A stretch of DNA of 32,000 nucleotides, taken from contig OZ252279.1 of assembly GCA_965250005.1 (NCBI GenBank), positions 30,001 through 62,000 on the forward strand. The letters are read 5' to 3'. Below the pieces are notes generated by a model. The model did not search any database. It saw nothing but the letters and a program-made list of their open reading frames with translations, and was not told where the DNA came from. The DNA is from Demequinaceae bacterium. Lineage in GTDB: Bacteria; Actinomycetota; Actinomycetes; Actinomycetales; Demequinaceae. The stretch's first letter is position 1. Every line of letters starts with the position of its first letter. The position numbers and the translations under genes were made by a program. Shown in pieces: positions 28,474 through 32,000 of this stretch.

Positions 28474-30195
28474 CTAGCCAAACGTGAATGCGTAGGCTTC
28501 TATGCCCGGAGTGAACTCCAGGTGAAGGTAGTCGTTGATCGCGTCGCCCGCATACAGCGTGTAGAGCTTGGGCGTGCCGCTAATCTCAATCACCTGGGAA
28601 GAGTCCGGGTCCCCGTAGCGCGAGACCGTGAGCGTGCCTTCGCCACCGAGGACCAGGTGAACGTCGGCTGCGAAAAAGTGGAGAGTGAGTTCAGCATCCT
28701 CGACGGCTCGCGCGGCTTCCGCGTCAACAAACCACGTGCCGCCGAGCGAGAAGTAGTGGAGCGCAGGGCTGGGCTTCATGGTGAAGAGGAAGTCCACGCC
28801 GCCGACCCCGGTGTCGTTGTCGATGTACTGAATGCGCTCGTGGCCCAGGTAGGCCTCGAGCGATTGGCCGCGGGTCCCTCCAGCAAAGGGGGCGGTCACG
28901 GGATCAAGCGCGGGGGTCTCGAGAAGTTCCTGGATGAGGGCCTCGGTCTGGGCGTACGCGCCCTCGCCGTAGTGGACCTGGCGCACTGTGCCGGTCTGGT
29001 CGATCAGGTAGTGTGCTGGCCAGAACCGCTGGTCCCATTCCCTCCAGGTCTCGAAGTCGTTGTCCATGGCGATCGGGTAGTCGATGCCGAAGCGTTCCGC
29101 GGCGTCGACCACGTTGCCCTCAACCTTTTCAAACGCGAACTCGGGCGTGTGAACGCCGATGATTACGAGGCCTTCGTCGGCGTAGCGGTCGTGCCACTCG
29201 GTTATGTACGGAAAAGTTCGCTGGCAGTTGATGCAGGTGTACGTCCAGAAATCTACGAGGATGACCTTGCCCTCGAGGTCCGCGGCAGTGAGTGGCTGAT
29301 TGTCGGGAGTGTTGAGCCACTGAACGATGCCGGAGAACTCGCGCATCGGGCCGCAGTCTTGGAGCTGGTCGCCTGGACCCGCCTCACAGTCGTCAAAGGA
29401 CTTCTCGGATCCGAGGACGGGCTCGCGCACGGTGTTATCGTGTCCAGCGAGTGCGTCGAGCGCGTCCCGCACTTTGTCGTTGGTCTCGATGTTCTCTTGG
29501 ATACTTGCAAGAGTTTCGGGTACTACGCGCTGCAGCGGCTCGACCACATTGGTCGCGATGGCGATTGCTGTGAGGACCAGGATTGCACCGGAAACCTGGC
29601 GGATGCGGGGCAGCTTCTCGCGCACTGACGTGATGCGCTGACCGAGCGCGTGGCCGGCGAGCGCGAACACCATCAACGGAATGGCCACGCCCACGCTGAA
29701 CGCTAGCGTCAACGCCACGAGCCCCCACGACACCCCGCTGGTCGCGGCGAGCACGGTGATCGCGGCCAGAATGGGGCCCGCGCACGGGACGAACACCAGG
29801 CCGAGCGCGGCGCCCAGGCCGAGTGCACTTCCGTCTCGGTTGAGCCTAGGAATCCTGGCGTAGACAAACGGCCGCTCCAGCATGTGCGCGACGGCGGGAA
29901 TCAGCAGGCTAACTCCCACGAGGGCGATCGCGGTGATGCCCAGCCAGTGGAGCAGGTCGTCGGGAAGGTTCAGCAGGCTCAGCAGCGAGCCGCCGATGAG
30001 CGTAAACACCGCGAAACTGGCCACCAGACCCGTTACCACCAGCACCGGGCGTCTCCGAGACGTCGCGCCATCCTGCACGCTTGACGTGAGGATTGCCGGG
30101 AGCACAGGCAACACGCAAGGGGATACTGCGGTGATGATTCCGGACACGAGCCCAACAACGATGAGAGTGGTCACGTCTTTATCTTCGCGCTCCAA
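28474..30195 (-). CDS. DipZ-like protein: CcdA-type membrane domain + thioredoxin-like domain + C-terminal domain
   Basis: 573 aa; SPCVLPVLPAIL and FVPCAGPILAAI CcdA motifs, thioredoxin-like TYTCINCQRTFPYITEWHDRY, C-terminal beta-rich domain. The first MEREDKDV codons may precede a GTG start. Confidence 0.92.
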   Translation of the reverse strand: MEREDKDVTTLIVVGLVSGIITAVSPCVLPVLPAILTSSVQDGATSRRRPVLVVTGLVASFAVFTLIGGSLLSLLNLPDDLLHWLGITAIALVGVSLLIPAVAHMLERPFVYARIPRLNRDGSALGLGAALGLVFVPCAGPILAAITVLAATSGVSWGLVALTLAFSVGVAIPLMVFALAGHALGQRITSVREKLPRIRQVSGAILVLTAIAIATNVVEPLQRVVPETLASIQENIETNDKVRDALDALAGHDNTVREPVLGSEKSFDDCEAGPGDQLQDCGPMREFSGIVQWLNTPDNQPLTAADLEGKVILVDFWTYTCINCQRTFPYITEWHDRYADEGLVIIGVHTPEFAFEKVEGNVVDAAERFGIDYPIAMDNDFETWREWDQRFWPAHYLIDQTGTVRQVHYGEGAYAQTEALIQELLETPALDPVTAPFAGGTRGQSLEAYLGHERIQYIDNDTGVGGVDFLFTMKPSPALHYFSLGGTWFVDAEAARAVEDAELTLHFFAADVHLVLGGEGTLTVSRYGDPDSSQVIEISGTPKLYTLYAGDAINDYLHLEFTPGIEAYAFTFG

Positions 30196-30241
30196 CGCCG
30201 GGTGGATTGCTCCGGCGCCTCAATGGGTCGCTACCATCCGG

Positions 30242-31531
30242 CTACGCGTCCCGGGCGATGGGAGCAGTCATACAGTGGGCACCTCCCCGGCCGCGGCCCA
30301 GTTCTGCGCCTGGGATCTCAATCACTTCGATGCCAGCAGCCCTCAATGCCGCATTGGTGTATGTGTTGCGGTCGTACGCGATGACGACACCCGGTTCGAG
30401 GACAAACACGTTGTTGCCAGCGTCCCACTGCTCGCGCGCGGCGGTAGCCGGACTGCTACTTGCTGCGGGCCCGCCGGTCTCAACGACACGCAGTTTCTTC
30501 ATGCCGAGCGCCTCGGCCACGACGCCGGCGAGCGGGCGACCCTCCGGCGTCTCCTCGATGCCTCCAGTATCCGTGGGCCGCAGGGAGAACGGTTCGATGG
30601 CGTCCACGATGGGCGCGTAAGCGGTCGCGAGGTCACGGTCCGCGAGCGTGAACACCATGTCGAGATGCATGGCGGACCGCAGGCGCGGCAGGGGCGCGAC
30701 GATCATGCGGGTGGCGGCGCCCGCGGCGAATAGCGCCGCTGCGGCCGACCTGGCGCCATGGAGACTGGTCCGTTCGGACGTGCCTATCAGCACAACGCCG
30801 TCGCCCAGTACGAGCAGGTCACCACCCTCGAGAGTCACGGCGCCGGACAAGCCGTCGGCTCCCAATCCGGCCTCGCCCGCTGCCTGGCCAGTCTCGTGCC
30901 CGGGCGCGTCCGCCTCGCTGCTACGCCACCATTCCTGTAGGCCGCCAGCAAGTCCCGGGTGGTACCGGTAGATGGCTGCCATCAGCGAAGACTCAGGCTG
31001 GCGCGCGGCGAAGTGGAATCTGTTGAGCATGATGCCGCCGTAGATCCAAGACGCGATATCGCGCGGGTACAGTGCATTGGGCAGCGGCGGAAGCACAAAC
31101 GGGTCCTTTGGGCGGCGTGCTGCGCGCAGGTCGCCAGGCAGTTCCGCCGTCGCTAGCCCGCCGACTACGTGGCGCGCAAGGGTGGCGGCGGGCATCTCGG
31201 TCAGAAACGCGCGAAGTTCGTCAGTGTCAGTGTCAGCAAGCGCACGGTCGAGCACCCGGGCGCGGGCGTTTGCGACCGCGAGGGTCTCCGCCAGAACGTC
31301 TTCGAACTCGAGCACCGCAATCCTGCGTTCGCGCATCGCGCCAACGAACGCCGCGTGATCTTTCCGCGCGCGATCCACCCAGAGGACGTCGTCGAACAGC
31401 AGGCTTTCGCAGTTGGCGGGAGTGAGGCGTTCGTGTGCCAGACCCGGCGCATTCACGAGCACGGTCCGCAGGCGCCCGACCTCGCTGTGCACGCCGAATT
31501 CGTGTGTGCCAACCCGCTCCGCTAAGGGCAC
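30242..31531 (-). CDS. arcA: Arginine deiminase
   Basis: [80 protein letters not shown]-terminal catalytic region [13 protein letters not shown]. Confidence 0.95.
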   Translation of the reverse strand: MPLAERVGTHEFGVHSEVGRLRTVLVNAPGLAHERLTPANCESLLFDDVLWVDRARKDHAAFVGAMRERRIAVLEFEDVLAETLAVANARARVLDRALADTDTDELRAFLTEMPAATLARHVVGGLATAELPGDLRAARRPKDPFVLPPLPNALYPRDIASWIYGGIMLNRFHFAARQPESSLMAAIYRYHPGLAGGLQEWWRSSEADAPGHETGQAAGEAGLGADGLSGAVTLEGGDLLVLGDGVVLIGTSERTSLHGARSAAAALFAAGAATRMIVAPLPRLRSAMHLDMVFTLADRDLATAYAPIVDAIEPFSLRPTDTGGIEETPEGRPLAGVVAEALGMKKLRVVETGGPAASSSPATAAREQWDAGNNVFVLEPGVVIAYDRNTYTNAALRAAGIEVIEIPGAELGRGRGGAHCMTAPIARDA

Positions 31532-31606
31532 TGGCGCCTCCTCTCGACCTGTGCCGCGAGGGTATCATCGCCCGGCGCGTTCGCTGCAATGGCGACGCGG
31601 CTACAT

Positions 31607-32000
31607 CTAGCCAGCACCGTTGGGTGCCATTGCGTCGACGAGGTCGTTGACGCCAACCGAGGCAACCCTGACTCGACTGTCGCCAACGCCGTAGGGGATC
31701 CACAGCAGGTCGTCGTGCACAATCCCGCCGCATGAGTAGACAACATTCGGTACGTACCCTTCGCGGTCGCCGTCACCGTCAGGCTTGAGCAGCGGCTGCT
31801 TAAGGGACGCAATAACACGAGACGGATCGTCAAGGTCGAGCAGAATCGCGCCGATGGAGTAGCGGCGCATCGGTCCCACGCCGTGTGTCAGAACCAGCCA
31901 GCCGTGCTCAGTTTCTATCGGTGAGCCGCAGTTGCCCGTCTGGATGATCTCCCACAGCATCGTTGGGACGCGAAGTGGCTGAGGCTCGTCCCAGACGCGG
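31607..32000 (-). CDS. Glycoside phosphorylase/hydrolase family 130 protein, C-terminal part; runs off the window edge
   Basis: Open frame to the edge: RVWDEPQPLRVPTMLWEIIQTGNCGSPIETEHGWLVLTHGVGPMRRYSIGAILLDLDDPSRVIASLKQPLLKPDGDGDREGYVPNVVYSCGG; matches the GH130 W-x-GxxxPPI/HGV/LLDLxDP pattern. Confidence 0.85.
   Translation of the reverse strand, partial: RVWDEPQPLRVPTMLWEIIQTGNCGSPIETEHGWLVLTHGVGPMRRYSIGAILLDLDDPSRVIASLKQPLLKPDGDGDREGYVPNVVYSCGGIVHDDLLWIPYGVGDSRVRVASVGVNDLVDAMAPNGAG

Noticed and set aside
28465-29628. 387-aa plus-strand ORF opposite the dipZ-like gene
   Set aside because: Antisense to a well supported CcdA/thioredoxin gene; no domain.

Overview
High-GC actinobacterial chromosomal segment that looks mostly like ordinary core genome. 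I see no phage, transposon, CRISPR or toxin-antitoxin signature. Recognisable loci: partial trmL; a MarR regulator coupled to an ABC exporter; M13 peptidase; rpiB; cysK-cysE; a four-gene ABC-2 array; tRNA-Gly(TCC) and tRNA-Pro(TGG); tig-clpP1-clpP2-clpX with two small DUF4190-like membrane genes between tig and clpP1; an MFS transporter; valS; an ECF sigma/anti-sigma pair (SigK/RskA-like); a DipZ-like protein; arcA; and a partial GH130 gene. The most notable signal is outside the supplied ORF track: an 18-codon cysteine-rich uORF (MFSPSMCMCTCVGCCCCL*) about 160 nt upstream of cysK. Its stop codon overlaps the base of a 10-bp hairpin, which suggests cysteine-responsive attenuation. Secondary points are an internally deleted CDF-transporter-like mini-ORF next to tRNA-Pro, a long low-complexity insertion in ClpX, an RGG/His-rich tail on the MarR regulator, and a duplicated initiation region that creates a six-codon uORF before an ABC permease. 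All calls come from reading the sequence; no database searches or folding programs were run.
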